Source: an uncultured Syntrophomonadaceae bacterium (GTDB lineage Bacteria; Bacillota; Dethiobacteria; DTU022). Taken from it: DNA of 64,000 nucleotides. A program made the position numbers and the translations under genes. This document shows positions 54,764 to 64,000 of this stretch, in pieces (position 1 is the first letter of the stretch; each line of letters opens with the position of its first letter). Below the pieces are notes generated by a model. It was given only the letters and a program-made list of their open reading frames with translations. It searched no databases and had not been told where the DNA came from. Location of the stretch: contig CAZAKI010000004.1 of NCBI GenBank assembly GCA_964485855.1, forward strand, positions 2,343-66,342, written 5' to 3'.

Positions 54764-56878
54764 TTAATTCAAGTTAAACCGTTTCATTTTTTCATAAAGC
54801 CAGGAGCGACTGATCCCTAAAAGACGGGCTGCTTCACTTCGATTGCCGCCGGCCTTCCTTAATGAACCTAAGATCGCCGCTCTTTCTTGTTCTGTGCGTG
54901 AATCACGATAGGCATGAGAAACTCTATTGTAATTTTCTACCAGCTGAGTATTGTTTTTTTCAGGCGAACTGCTCTGCCTCAAATGTGGTGGTAAATGTTC
55001 AATCCCGATTAGATGGTCAGAAGCAAAATTCAAAGCCCTCTCAATAATATTTTCCAGTTCCCGGACATTACCGGGCCAATGATATTTTTGCAAAGATAAA
55101 AGCGCCAGGGAATCAATCTCGGTGACCTGCATGTTAAATATAAGATTATATTTTCTCAGAAAAGCATAAACCAGTGGTAAAATGTCATCGATCCTCTCCC
55201 TCAGCGGAGGGATAATCAGGTGAATTACGTTTAGCCTGAAATATAGATCTTTACGAAAGGTGCCTTCTCTAACCTTTTTTTCCAGATCTTGATTGGTGGC
55301 AGCCAGGAAGCGGACATCCACTTTTTCGGTCTTAGTCCCACCAATTCTTTCAAAAGTTTGTTCTTCGAGAGCCCTGAGCAGCTTACCTTGTAGGGCAATC
55401 GGCAGATCACCAATCTCATCTAAGAATAGGGTTCCACCGTCAGCCAGATCCAGTCGGCCTCGTTTCCCTTCCCGGCGGGCGCCAGTAAAAGCGCCCTCTT
55501 CATAACCAAAAAATTCCGATTCAAGCAAGTTTTCGGGAATAGCAGCACAATTAACTCTTAGGAAGGCTTGATTACGACGCGGCCCCTCCTGGTGGATAGC
55601 CTGGGCAAGCAGTTCTTTCCCCACTCCGCTTTCTCCGCTGATTAAGACAGTAGAAAGTCCCCTTGCTGCCTGCTTCGCCTCATTAATTAAATCCAGCATC
55701 ACGGAATTAACGGTTATTATATCTTTAAAAACATAGGGTTTTTCTCGGAAACGTTCTTTTTTCAGTTCTTCCTGAAAGTGGGCTAGCCGGTTATTCATCG
55801 TCTCCAGCCTGGAAGCCAACTCACGCAGTTCGTCTACCCGTCTAAAGCTAATCTTGCCAACCGCCCCGATCACCTGTCCATCTCTGACTATGGGTAGCCT
55901 TGAAACAACATATGGTTTGCCGTCTATAAACTGGATGTCATTTAATTCGGGAATGCCAGTTTTTACAACAATATGCAAGCGGCTATTTTCCAATATTTTA
56001 TTGATCGGCTGGTTTATTACAATATTTTCTTCCCGTTTTATAAAATCGAGAAAAATCCGGTTAACCAGAACCACTGAAGCGCTCTCATCAACAACAACCA
56101 GTGCGTCATAACCGATATCAAGCACTGTTTCTAAAGTTTGGTTTAACCGCTTCACGGTTCCCATTTCCTCGGCGATCGTTTCCAACTCGGTAACGTCCTG
56201 GAAAAAAGCAATAGCTCCTACAATTTCACCCCCATCAATTAAAGGAGTTTTATTGACCATCGCTGTTATTTCACCAACTTGATATTTACTGCCTATGCTG
56301 ATCTGCCCACAGGTGAGTACCGGTTGCAGATCGAGTCCCGGCAAGACTGCTTCAACCATTCTCCCCTCGACCTTGGCCGGAAGCAAATTAAACAATTGCT
56401 CTGCGGCACGGTTTATATAGGTAATCGTACCAGAATAATCAACGGACACCAGGGCATTGTGCATTGCCTTGCAGATTACCTGCAGACGGCTGTTAAGCAG
56501 TTGCTCTTCCTTAAATAAAGCGGTAATCAATTCAACCTTTGTAAAAAGGCCAACCACTCGCTCATCGCCATCAACCACCACACCAGTTCCGACGGGAATC
56601 TTTCTAACCAAATCAATAACTTCCTGATAATCAAGATCTTTTTTAATCTTGACCACGTTGTGGTTATAATAATTATTAACTGTCTCCTGAAGAGATGTTC
56701 CCTTGATTAAAGCATCGTAGAGATTCGTTTTAGTAAATATACCGGCCAGTACACCGTCTTTATTGAGTACAGGCAGACCGTCACGCTGGCTATTACGTAA
56801 AAGATTAACAGCCTTTTGCAGGCTATCCTCCGGGCGCAGTGTTGCAAAATCACGGGTCATCATATCTTCCAGTCGCAA
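54764..56878 (-). CDS. Sigma-54-dependent transcriptional activator with tandem CBS, PAS, AAA+ and Fis-type HTH domains
   Basis: 704 aa. Two N-terminal CBS modules, a Walker A GESGVGKE, the GAFTGA motif (YEEGAFTGA) and a C-terminal HTH. Confidence 0.85.
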   Translation of the reverse strand: MRLEDMMTRDFATLRPEDSLQKAVNLLRNSQRDGLPVLNKDGVLAGIFTKTNLYDALIKGTSLQETVNNYYNHNVVKIKKDLDYQEVIDLVRKIPVGTGVVVDGDERVVGLFTKVELITALFKEEQLLNSRLQVICKAMHNALVSVDYSGTITYINRAAEQLFNLLPAKVEGRMVEAVLPGLDLQPVLTCGQISIGSKYQVGEITAMVNKTPLIDGGEIVGAIAFFQDVTELETIAEEMGTVKRLNQTLETVLDIGYDALVVVDESASVVLVNRIFLDFIKREENIVINQPINKILENSRLHIVVKTGIPELNDIQFIDGKPYVVSRLPIVRDGQVIGAVGKISFRRVDELRELASRLETMNNRLAHFQEELKKERFREKPYVFKDIITVNSVMLDLINEAKQAARGLSTVLISGESGVGKELLAQAIHQEGPRRNQAFLRVNCAAIPENLLESEFFGYEEGAFTGARREGKRGRLDLADGGTLFLDEIGDLPIALQGKLLRALEEQTFERIGGTKTEKVDVRFLAATNQDLEKKVREGTFRKDLYFRLNVIHLIIPPLRERIDDILPLVYAFLRKYNLIFNMQVTEIDSLALLSLQKYHWPGNVRELENIIERALNFASDHLIGIEHLPPHLRQSSSPEKNNTQLVENYNRVSHAYRDSRTEQERAAILGSLRKAGGNRSEAARLLGISRSWLYEKMKRFNLN

Positions 56879-56893
56879 GTGAAGCCCTCCAGT

Positions 56894-58612
56894 TTAAATG
56901 ATCGGTTCTCGTGCCTGCTTAAATCGCAAAGCTCTTTCCATTAAACTGTCAACATGCTGCAAACTAACCTGGTCAATACTGGCCCCGTCAAGCATACGGG
57001 CCAGTTCATTGCGACGCTCATTAGCGCTGAGTAATGATGCCCTGGTCATTGTTCTTTCACCACTGACTTCTTTATATAAGCAGATATGAGAATCAGCCAT
57101 TGAAGCAATTTGTGGGCTGTGAGTTACACACATCACCTGGTGGTGTTTCGCCAGACCGGCTAACTTTTCAGCAACGGCCTGAATTGTTGCCCCGCCTATA
57201 CCTGAATCAACTTCATCGAAAATAAGCGTTGGGATTAAATCCTGACGGGCAAGCGCAGTTTTTAGCGCCAGCATCACCCTGGCAACTTCACCGCCCGAGA
57301 TAATCTTCGCCAATGGTTTTACTGCTTCACCCTGGTTGGCTGAAAAAAGGAATTCTACGGTATCCATACCAAGTGGCCCAACTTCTTCCCGGCGGCCGAT
57401 GTTTACTTTGAAGCTGGCATTAGGCAGTGCCAGCTCCTTAAGACACTCTTCAATCAGTTGCTCGAGATTTTTCGCGCTTTCACATCTTTTTTTGCTTAAC
57501 TCTGTGCTTTCAGCAATTAATTGATCGTTAAGCAGAACCAATTCCGCTTCGATCTTTTCAATCATCGCCTCACTGTTCACCAATCTTTCAATCTCGTTTT
57601 CGGTCTTAGTAGCAAAAGAAATAACTGCTTCCAATGACCCTCCGTATTTGCGTTTTAAATTATTGATCAAGTTAAACCGTTCTTGAATCATCTGCAATTC
57701 TGCAGGATCAAACTCAAATCCTGACTGGTAAGTACGCAGTTCGTGCGATACCTCTTCCAGTTGGGCTGCAGCCGAAGCAACTAGCTCCAGCAGCGGTTCA
57801 AGTTTATGATCGATTCCGGCCGCTTCGCTCAACAGTGCAGAATTGTGGCTAAGACGATCAACCAGTGATTCGATCTCCTGAGACTCATCTCCACGATATA
57901 GGTTGCAATAAAGACGGGAAACAAGCATCGATAACTTCTCAGCATTGGACAATATCCGTTCCCGTTCAGCAAGCTCTTCGTCTTCACCAGTTTTTAACGC
58001 AGCGCCCTGAATCTCTTTCAGCTGAAAATTATAAAGGTCCAGGCGTCTAGCTCTTTCAGCTTCATCATCACCATATCCTGATAGCTCTTTTTTTAAATCA
58101 CCTTTACGCCGCCACAGTTCGCCAATTTTCTTGCGTGACTGTCCAATCGAGTCTCCTCCGAAGGCGTCTAGTAGCTCGATATGCTGATCCTGCCGCAGCA
58201 ATGATTGATGCTGGTGCTGTCCATGCAAGTCGACCAAAAGCTGTCCAAGGTCCTTTAAAAAAGAGATTGGAACGGCCCTGCCATTAACCCTGGCAACACT
58301 GCGTCCATTTCTATAAACCTCCCGGGCAATAATCAGCTCGTTTTCGTAATCAATGCCTGCCTCTGCCAGCAGGGTGTTGACTTGCTTTTGCACCGCCGGC
58401 TCAGCATTAACGATCCCCTCAATATATGCCTCCGTACTACCCTGGCGGATCTGTTCTACAGTCGCTCGCTCACCGAGCAACAGATTAATTGCACCAATGA
58501 TAATCGATTTACCGGCACCGGTTTCTCCACTTAAGACGTTCAATCCCGGGCTAAAACTGATGGCAAGATCTTCAATTAGGGCATAATTGGCTACTTTGAG
58601 TTCTGCGAGCAT
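56894..58612 (-). CDS. recN: DNA repair protein RecN
   Basis: 572 aa. SMC-like N-terminal Walker A (GETGAGKS), coiled coil, and a C-terminal signature. Confidence 0.9.
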   Translation of the reverse strand: MLAELKVANYALIEDLAISFSPGLNVLSGETGAGKSIIIGAINLLLGERATVEQIRQGSTEAYIEGIVNAEPAVQKQVNTLLAEAGIDYENELIIAREVYRNGRSVARVNGRAVPISFLKDLGQLLVDLHGQHQHQSLLRQDQHIELLDAFGGDSIGQSRKKIGELWRRKGDLKKELSGYGDDEAERARRLDLYNFQLKEIQGAALKTGEDEELAERERILSNAEKLSMLVSRLYCNLYRGDESQEIESLVDRLSHNSALLSEAAGIDHKLEPLLELVASAAAQLEEVSHELRTYQSGFEFDPAELQMIQERFNLINNLKRKYGGSLEAVISFATKTENEIERLVNSEAMIEKIEAELVLLNDQLIAESTELSKKRCESAKNLEQLIEECLKELALPNASFKVNIGRREEVGPLGMDTVEFLFSANQGEAVKPLAKIISGGEVARVMLALKTALARQDLIPTLIFDEVDSGIGGATIQAVAEKLAGLAKHHQVMCVTHSPQIASMADSHICLYKEVSGERTMTRASLLSANERRNELARMLDGASIDQVSLQHVDSLMERALRFKQAREPII

Positions 58613-58631
58613 GCCTCAACCTCCCAGTACC

Positions 58632-59483
58632 TCATGCTTTAAGTTTTTGATGTAGCATGCGGTAAAATGAATAATCCTTAAATGATACCAGTTTTACTGA
58701 TTGTTCGGCTCGGTTGACAATGATTTGATCTTCATCTTCCAGGGTATATCTGACCTGGCCATCAACGGTTAACATTACGTCAACCTGGCGTGAATCGATA
58801 TGCAGCCTTACCTGGTCGCTCCCGTTAATCACTACCGAACGATTATAAAGACTGTGCGGACAAATTGGGGTCACGATAAAAAGCTGCATGGTCGGATTAA
58901 CTATCGGCCCGCCGGCCGAAAGGGAATAACCGGTTGAGCCGGTAGGCGTAGCAACTATAATGCCGTCTCCATAATAACTTTCCATGAACTCACTATTTAT
59001 ATATGCTTCGACTTTGATAATCCGGGAAAAAGGTCCACGAGAGACGACAATGTCATTCAGGCTAAGGTAAGAAGCAAGTTCTTTCGCATTCCGATAAAGC
59101 TTTGCTTCCAACATCATTCTTTCCTGGTAACCATAACGGCCGGTTGTGACATATTCTAAAAACCGTTCCATCTGGTCTACCTCGATTTCTGCTAAGAAAC
59201 CTTTGTGGCCTAAATTGATTCCAAGCACCGGTTTATGCCAACAGGCAAGATCGCGTGCCACTCTTAGGATTGTGCCATCGCCACCGATCACAATGATCAT
59301 TTCCAAACGACCATTCCATGATTTAAGTTGATCCGCCAACGAGGTTTCACTGTAAAAATCAACCAATTCAGAACCGGCGATCTGCAGATCTATATGGCGC
59401 TGTTCCAGGAACCTGGAGATTTCACCAACGACCAGCCTGGCATTCTTCTTTCGCCAATTCGGAATAAGCCCGATGGATTTCAT
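58632..59483 (-). CDS. nadK: NAD+ kinase
   Basis: 283 aa. GGDGT motif and an NE/D short motif are present. Confidence 0.9.
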   Translation of the reverse strand: MKSIGLIPNWRKKNARLVVGEISRFLEQRHIDLQIAGSELVDFYSETSLADQLKSWNGRLEMIIVIGGDGTILRVARDLACWHKPVLGINLGHKGFLAEIEVDQMERFLEYVTTGRYGYQERMMLEAKLYRNAKELASYLSLNDIVVSRGPFSRIIKVEAYINSEFMESYYGDGIIVATPTGSTGYSLSAGGPIVNPTMQLFIVTPICPHSLYNRSVVINGSDQVRLHIDSRQVDVMLTVDGQVRYTLEDEDQIIVNRAEQSVKLVSFKDYSFYRMLHQKLKA

Positions 59484-59550
59484 TAAAGTCCTCCCCTTAA
59501 TTCGAGCTTAACATAACTTCTTCCCGATCGTTTTTAAATCCTTCAGGAAA

Positions 59551-60384
59551 TTAGCGATCACCTGACAATAAATTTAAATGTGCATCTTGCACTACTTTTT
59601 TTATTTTTTCCTCACTATTTTCAGCATCAACCAACTGTTTTTCAGCATCAAGCTCTAAGTACAAAAAATATTCAATATTGCCTTTCGGACCAACCAGGTG
59701 TGAGTAAGTCAATTGCCGACATCGATAACCATTATCAGCAGCCGCAAGCATTAGATCGCCAAGCACTTTTTCATGAAGCCGTGGATTACGGATCACACCT
59801 CTGCCTCTGGTCGCTTCAATTCGTCCCACTTCAAATTGCGGTTTTACTAAGGAGACTACTCTCGATATCTCGCATTGATTAAGAGCCGGAAATACCATCT
59901 TTAACGAAATAAACGAGACATCAACGACTGCCAGATCTGGTTTCTCTGAAAAGTTTTCCGGTTTTAAATTACGAACATTGAACCGTTCTAAAAAAACTAC
60001 CCGGGGGTCGTTTCTTAGCTTGTATGCCAGTTGTCCATAACCGACATCAACGGCATATACTTTTTCAGCACCGTTTTGCAAAAGACAATCGGTAAAACCA
60101 CCGGTCGAGGCACCAATGTCAACAATTGTAAGTCGTCGGACATCCAGCTTAAAATCGCTGATCGCTCCAGCCAGCTTTAATCCGCCCCGACTGACATAGG
60201 AATTACCAGGATCACTGAACTCAACATCAGCCTCACAATCAATACTAGTCCCAGCTTTATCTACATGATGACCATTAACCCGTACTGCACCGGTCATGAT
60301 CAGCGACTGGATACGATTACGGCTTAGTTCCGGGTATTTTTTTTGTAAGAGAAGATCCAACCTTATTTTCTGACTTTTCTTCAA
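59551..60384 (-). CDS. tlyA: TlyA-family rRNA 2'-O-methyltransferase (S4 domain + FtsJ-like MTase; 'hemolysin A')
   Basis: 277 aa. N-terminal S4 (RLDLLL…) and a SAM-binding DIGASTGGFTD motif. Confidence 0.85.
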   Translation of the reverse strand: MKKSQKIRLDLLLQKKYPELSRNRIQSLIMTGAVRVNGHHVDKAGTSIDCEADVEFSDPGNSYVSRGGLKLAGAISDFKLDVRRLTIVDIGASTGGFTDCLLQNGAEKVYAVDVGYGQLAYKLRNDPRVVFLERFNVRNLKPENFSEKPDLAVVDVSFISLKMVFPALNQCEISRVVSLVKPQFEVGRIEATRGRGVIRNPRLHEKVLGDLMLAAADNGYRCRQLTYSHLVGPKGNIEYFLYLELDAEKQLVDAENSEEKIKKVVQDAHLNLLSGDR

Positions 60385-62285
60385 TTGATCCTATTTGCCC
60401 TTTTAAGTTTGGTAAAATCAATAATCGATTCATAAATCCCTTCTGCATCTAAGCCCTGACATGTTAACATCTGGCTCCGTGTACCGTGACCAACAAAATG
60501 ATCATCAATGCCAAGCCGCCGGATTGGGATAAAAAGATCATTTTTTGCAAGCAGATCAGCGATCCCGCTGCCAAATCCACCGGAGAGAATATTTTCCTCA
60601 ACCGTTACGACCATCCGGCACTGTCGAGCCCATTTAATAATTAACTTTTCATCCAGGGGTTTGACAAACCTGGCGTTGATCACTGTGGCTTTTAAATTTT
60701 GCCAGGATAATCTTTCGGCAGCCGCAAGCACTGATTGCAGTACTGTCCCGGCAGAAACGATTAGCAGATCAGACCCCTGCCGAACCAGCTCACCTTTACC
60801 CCAGGGCAGAAGGTTAAGCGGTCCCGTTTCAATACCGGTTACCTTGTCACGCGGGTAACGGATGGCAACCGGTCCTGAAGCTAATTGCAGGGCGGTGAAG
60901 AGCAGGTTTTGCTGCTCCCGTTCATTAGCCGGGGCCATTATTGTCATATTTGGCATAGTGCGTAAATATGAAAGATCAAACAGACCTTGATGTGTTTCCC
61001 CATCTTCCCCAACAATCCCGGCCCGATCAACAGCAAAAACAACAGGTAGATTCTGTAAGCAGGTGTCGTGAATCAGTTGATCGTATGCGCGCTGAAGGAA
61101 TGTGCTGTAGACGGCAAATACTGGGCGCAAACCACCGGCAGCAAGAGCGGCAGCCATTGTCACGGCGTGTTGTTCAGCAATACCAACATCATAAAAGCGA
61201 TCGGGAAATTCTTTACTGAAGTTTTTTAATCCCGTTCCGGTTGACATTGCTGCCGTTATTGCCACGATCTTCGGATCTAAACGGGCAAGTTCAACCATGG
61301 TGTGGCCAAAATGATCAGTGTAAGATTTTATTTTTTTCTTTTTCAATGGCAATCCATTGCTGAGATCAAAGGGCCCGACGCCGTGAAAAACTTCCGGTTC
61401 AATTTCTGCAAAGTGGTAACCCTTTCCCTTTTCTGTCACAACATGGACCAATACCGGTCCGCGCATTTTGTCTGCTTGCTTCAGCACATTATCGATTGCA
61501 ATCAGGTCATGCCCGTCGACAGGACCGAAATAGGTAAAACCGAGTTCTTCAAAAAGCATTCCGGGCACGATTAGGTACTTTAATCCTCCCTTGATTCTTT
61601 CCGCAGTTTCAACCAATTTTTTACCGATATGGGGAATCCGGGTTACATAATTTTCAAAGTCTTTTTTTAGTCTTGAATACTTTGGATCCGACCTGATTCG
61701 ACTAAGGTAAGCAGAAAGGCTGCCTACATTTGAGCTAATCGACATTTTATTGTCATTCAAAATTACTGTGATGTCAGCTTTGATATGACCGGCATGATTT
61801 AAAGCTTCAAATGACATTCCCCCGGTCAGGGCTCCATCGCCGATTACAGCAACAACCCGAAAATTTTCATGCTGTTGATCACGGGCCAGCGCCAGGCCGA
61901 GAGCAGCAGAGATTGAAGTACTGCTATGTCCGGTTAAGAAAGGATCATGCTCGCTTTCTGAAGGCTTCGGGAAGCCGCAAAGACCTCCCTGGAGACGCAG
62001 GGTATGAAATTCTTTCCAACGACCGGTTAATAGTTTATGAGCATAACTTTGGTGTCCCACATCCCAGATGATTTTATCGCGCGGGCTTTCATAAAAACGA
62101 TGTAAGGCTACGGCAAGCTCAACTACACCCAGGCTGGCAGCCAGGTGCCCCCCATTGTCAGCAACTGTTTTAATCATATGCTGCCTCAGTGCTGATGCAA
62201 CCTCTTGCAACTGTTGATCAGAGAGCTTCTTTAAATCTTCCGGCAATGACAGTTTACCGATATAGTTTTCCATATTATTCCTCAA
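60381..62285 (-). CDS. dxs: 1-deoxy-D-xylulose-5-phosphate synthase
   Basis: 634 aa. The ThDP-binding GDG…N motif and transketolase-like domains are present. Confidence 0.9.
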   Translation of the reverse strand: MRNNMENYIGKLSLPEDLKKLSDQQLQEVASALRQHMIKTVADNGGHLAASLGVVELAVALHRFYESPRDKIIWDVGHQSYAHKLLTGRWKEFHTLRLQGGLCGFPKPSESEHDPFLTGHSSTSISAALGLALARDQQHENFRVVAVIGDGALTGGMSFEALNHAGHIKADITVILNDNKMSISSNVGSLSAYLSRIRSDPKYSRLKKDFENYVTRIPHIGKKLVETAERIKGGLKYLIVPGMLFEELGFTYFGPVDGHDLIAIDNVLKQADKMRGPVLVHVVTEKGKGYHFAEIEPEVFHGVGPFDLSNGLPLKKKKIKSYTDHFGHTMVELARLDPKIVAITAAMSTGTGLKNFSKEFPDRFYDVGIAEQHAVTMAAALAAGGLRPVFAVYSTFLQRAYDQLIHDTCLQNLPVVFAVDRAGIVGEDGETHQGLFDLSYLRTMPNMTIMAPANEREQQNLLFTALQLASGPVAIRYPRDKVTGIETGPLNLLPWGKGELVRQGSDLLIVSAGTVLQSVLAAAERLSWQNLKATVINARFVKPLDEKLIIKWARQCRMVVTVEENILSGGFGSGIADLLAKNDLFIPIRRLGIDDHFVGHGTRSQMLTCQGLDAEGIYESIIDFTKLKRANRIN

Positions 62286-62309
62286 TCCCGAACAAAACCT
62301 TTAATCTCT

Positions 62310-62885
62310 TTATTCGTTACTTCTTTTGATTCGACCAAAGGGATTCTCGATTCTGGTCATAATTTTTGCCACAAACAATATAATTTCTGTAGAGTATTTA
62401 ATAGCGAGCGCTTTCCCCAAGGCTTTTCCACCAACAGTGATTGCAGCAACAATCGCCGTTAAGAAAATACCGATATAAAATTCGGCCTGGTGGGTTGTAA
62501 ATAAAGTCACTAGCCTGTAAACAATAATCGCTGCAATTGTTCCGCTGACGATACCACTAATATCGCCAATCACATCATTGCAAAAATTTGCCACCTGATC
62601 TGCATTCTTAACCAGGTAAACTCCTTTTTTTGCTCCGTACACCCTTCGAGCAGCCTTGGCATTAAGCGGTGCCACCTTGGCTGCTGCTGCCGCCGTTCCA
62701 ACCAAGTCAAAAATAATCCCTAATGAAACAATAAAAAGCAAAATCAAGAACGATATAAAAATTGATCCGACTTTGCTTATCATGTAGTGAGAAATAAAAC
62801 CGAACAATATTGCCAAAAAGAAAGTCCAAATAATCGACATATATACCCAGCGGGTTTTACGACGTTTTTTTAAATAATCAGCCAA
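62310..62885 (-). CDS. oapA: Small polytopic membrane protein in the position of OapA (OLE-associated protein A)
   Basis: 191 aa with four predicted TM helices. It lies directly downstream of the long ncRNA-like region and upstream of dxs-tlyA-nadK-recN. TTG start follows AAGGTGA at a 6-nt spacer. Confidence 0.6.
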   Translation of the reverse strand: MADYLKKRRKTRWVYMSIIWTFFLAILFGFISHYMISKVGSIFISFLILLFIVSLGIIFDLVGTAAAAAKVAPLNAKAARRVYGAKKGVYLVKNADQVANFCNDVIGDISGIVSGTIAAIIVYRLVTLFTTHQAEFYIGIFLTAIVAAITVGGKALGKALAIKYSTEIILFVAKIMTRIENPFGRIKRSNE

Positions 62886-62899
62886 ACTTCATCACCTTG

Positions 62900-63478
62900 A
62901 TGTACATAAAAACATAAGTGGTAGCAAGCCAGGTAAACTTTGCGGCTTAGGTCCAGCAGGATTTCCCGGATAATCACCTGTCGTTACCGAACAGGCAGTT
63001 CCCTTTTCAGACCATCCCGGCAGTGTCACCATCTGCAGAGCTGGATTACCACTTAGCTCACACTTTAATCCCTGGATTACTTCTCCTTAGAGAGCAGTCT
63101 AGGAGATTTCCTCACTGGTGCCTAATCTCCCCTAGCCCCTTTTGCAGAAAGGGTTTAAGAAGCACTAACTCCCTCCTCCACCAATTCCACTCAAGGCAGG
63201 CTACACTGCACACAGCTATTTACCGCATGCAGGTTCATACCCAGCCAGTAACTTTTGCTTTCAGGCATCTGGCCACCGTACTGGGTCTCCGCGGAGGCAG
63301 GGTCAACGCCTACATGCCATTGTAGATCGCCCCATCCTCCTTAACTCCCAGCAGCAGCCCCCAACTGGGCGTCGGCAGCCACCACCAGGAACTTCATCGA
63401 TGTGCCCTTAACGGATTTTTAGGCCCGCTTTCGGAGAGGGACACCAACTAGAATACTGCACCACTTATGTCCATGCTC
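62900..63478 (-). ncRNA. ole: Candidate OLE (ornate large extremophilic) RNA, ~580 nt
   Basis: A 650-bp ORF-free, G-rich (on the minus strand) region with its own TTGTGA-17-TATAAT promoter. It is flanked by folD upstream and by an oapA-like gene followed by dxs, tlyA, nadK and recN downstream, the conserved genomic context of OLE RNA in anaerobic Firmicutes. The only ORF is a 100-aa plus-strand artefact. Confidence 0.65.
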
Positions 63479-63485
63479 AAGACCA

Positions 63486-63514
63486 ATTATAGCATATGAC
63501 GCGGTTAATCACAA
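63486..63514 (-). promoter_or_regulatory. Sigma-A promoter driving the ole-oapA transcript (TTGTGA, 17 nt, TATAAT on the minus strand)
   Basis: Minus-strand reading gives aaaTTGTGAttaaccgcgtcatatgcTATAATtggtc, located between the folD stop (63541) and the ncRNA region. Confidence 0.55.
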
Positions 63515-63540
63515 TTTCAGTCTGCAGCTTAACATTTTCG

Positions 63541-64000
63541 CTAAAGAAGCCCGTGGGCCATTTTACAGGCTTTCAGAGCATTCTTCATTAGCATCCGGTT
63601 AGTAACCGAACCAACGCCGCCCGGAACCGGGGTAATTGCTTTAGTTTTATCTTTAACTGCATCAAAGGATACATCCCCGACTGTTTTCGTTTTCGGTTTA
63701 CCTTTATCATTAAGGACCGGCTCACCTTTTCCATCTAACACCTTGACCCGGTTGATCCCGACATCAATTACTACAGCCCCGTCCTTTATTAGATCAGGAC
63801 CAATCAAATCAGCTTTGCCGGCAGCGACAATCAAGATATCAGCTCCCGTGGTATGCTTAACCAAGTTCCCCTTCATGCTGGTAAATACGTGGGTGATTGA
63901 AGTTGTTGCATTACGATTAACAGCCAAGTAAGCTACCGGTTTGCCAACAATATTTGAATGACCGACGACTACAATTTCTGCTCCTTCAAAGAAATCTTTC
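63541..64000 (-). CDS. folD: Bifunctional methylenetetrahydrofolate dehydrogenase/cyclohydrolase FolD, C-terminal part; the gene continues beyond the window
   Basis: …[24 protein letters not shown]… is the conserved FolD C-terminal region. The reading frame stays open to position 64000. Confidence 0.8.
   Translation of the reverse strand, partial: KDFFEGAEIVVVGHSNIVGKPVAYLAVNRNATTSITHVFTSMKGNLVKHTTGADILIVAAGKADLIGPDLIKDGAVVIDVGINRVKVLDGKGEPVLNDKGKPKTKTVGDVSFDAVKDKTKAITPVPGGVGSVTNRMLMKNALKACKMAHGLL

Noticed and set aside
63023-63325. 100-aa plus-strand ORF inside the ncRNA-like region
   Set aside because: No Shine-Dalgarno, and the protein sequence is low-complexity and implausible. The region is better explained as a minus-strand structured RNA (OLE candidate) with its own promoter.
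62886-63540. Alternative identities for the ORF-free region: RNase P RNA, tmRNA, or a cobalamin riboswitch
   Set aside because: No AGGAAAGUCC / P4 motif for RNase P. No tRNA-like GGUUCGAUUCC…CCACCA end or tag-peptide frame for tmRNA. The B12-box is absent. The region is too long for 6S RNA. Synteny fits OLE instead.
1-64000. CRISPR arrays, tandem repeats, toxin-antitoxin or restriction-modification loci
   Set aside because: No regularly spaced direct repeats, cas-like ORFs, methyltransferase or endonuclease pairs or small TA pairs were seen on either strand. The only notable repeats are short operator-like dyads listed as regulatory features.

Overview
This 64-kb window looks like a Clostridia-type Firmicutes chromosome segment, almost entirely transcribed on the minus strand. 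It holds four main blocks. (1) Positions 1-10215: a putative N-heterocycle/purine-type catabolic locus. It has a three-subunit molybdenum hydroxylase, a DUF1116 protein, an unannotated 55-aa ORF, an FdrA-like CoA-binding protein, a divergent PucR-family regulator, an NCS2 nucleobase permease, a DUF2877 protein and a family-III CoA-transferase. (2) Positions 10364-11937: an SOS-type dinB/yolD pair with a LexA-box-like site. (3) Positions 11965-26192: an unusual beta-oxidation-like island. It has a thiolase, CoA-transferase A/B, an acyl-CoA ligase, an FNR-like reductase plus a CrtI-like flavoprotein, a crotonase, an SCP-x-type thiolase, an HMG-CoA-synthase-like protein fused to DUF35, a MaoC hydratase and an MFE-2-type SDR. 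A divergent chimeric MerR-TetR regulator sits beside it. (4) Positions 26344-64000: housekeeping genes, including tRNA-Leu, an nfeD-stomatin pair, an Rrf2 regulator, ndk-speE-speH, an ADP-forming acetyl-CoA synthetase, kamA, tRNA-Pro, plsY-der, an ispH::S1 fusion, plsC-cmk-rluB-scpBA-trpS, deoB-xerD, recN-nadK-tlyA-dxs, and a ~580-nt ORF-free, promoter-bearing region placed exactly where OLE RNA (ole-oapA) lies in anaerobic Firmicutes, ending in a partial folD. Several starts in the ORF track are over-extended, and I re-estimated them from Shine-Dalgarno spacing. Two genes (the DUF2877 gene and nudF) appear to lack a canonical start codon upstream of conserved N-terminal sequence. No CRISPR array, integrase-bearing island or obvious toxin system was seen.
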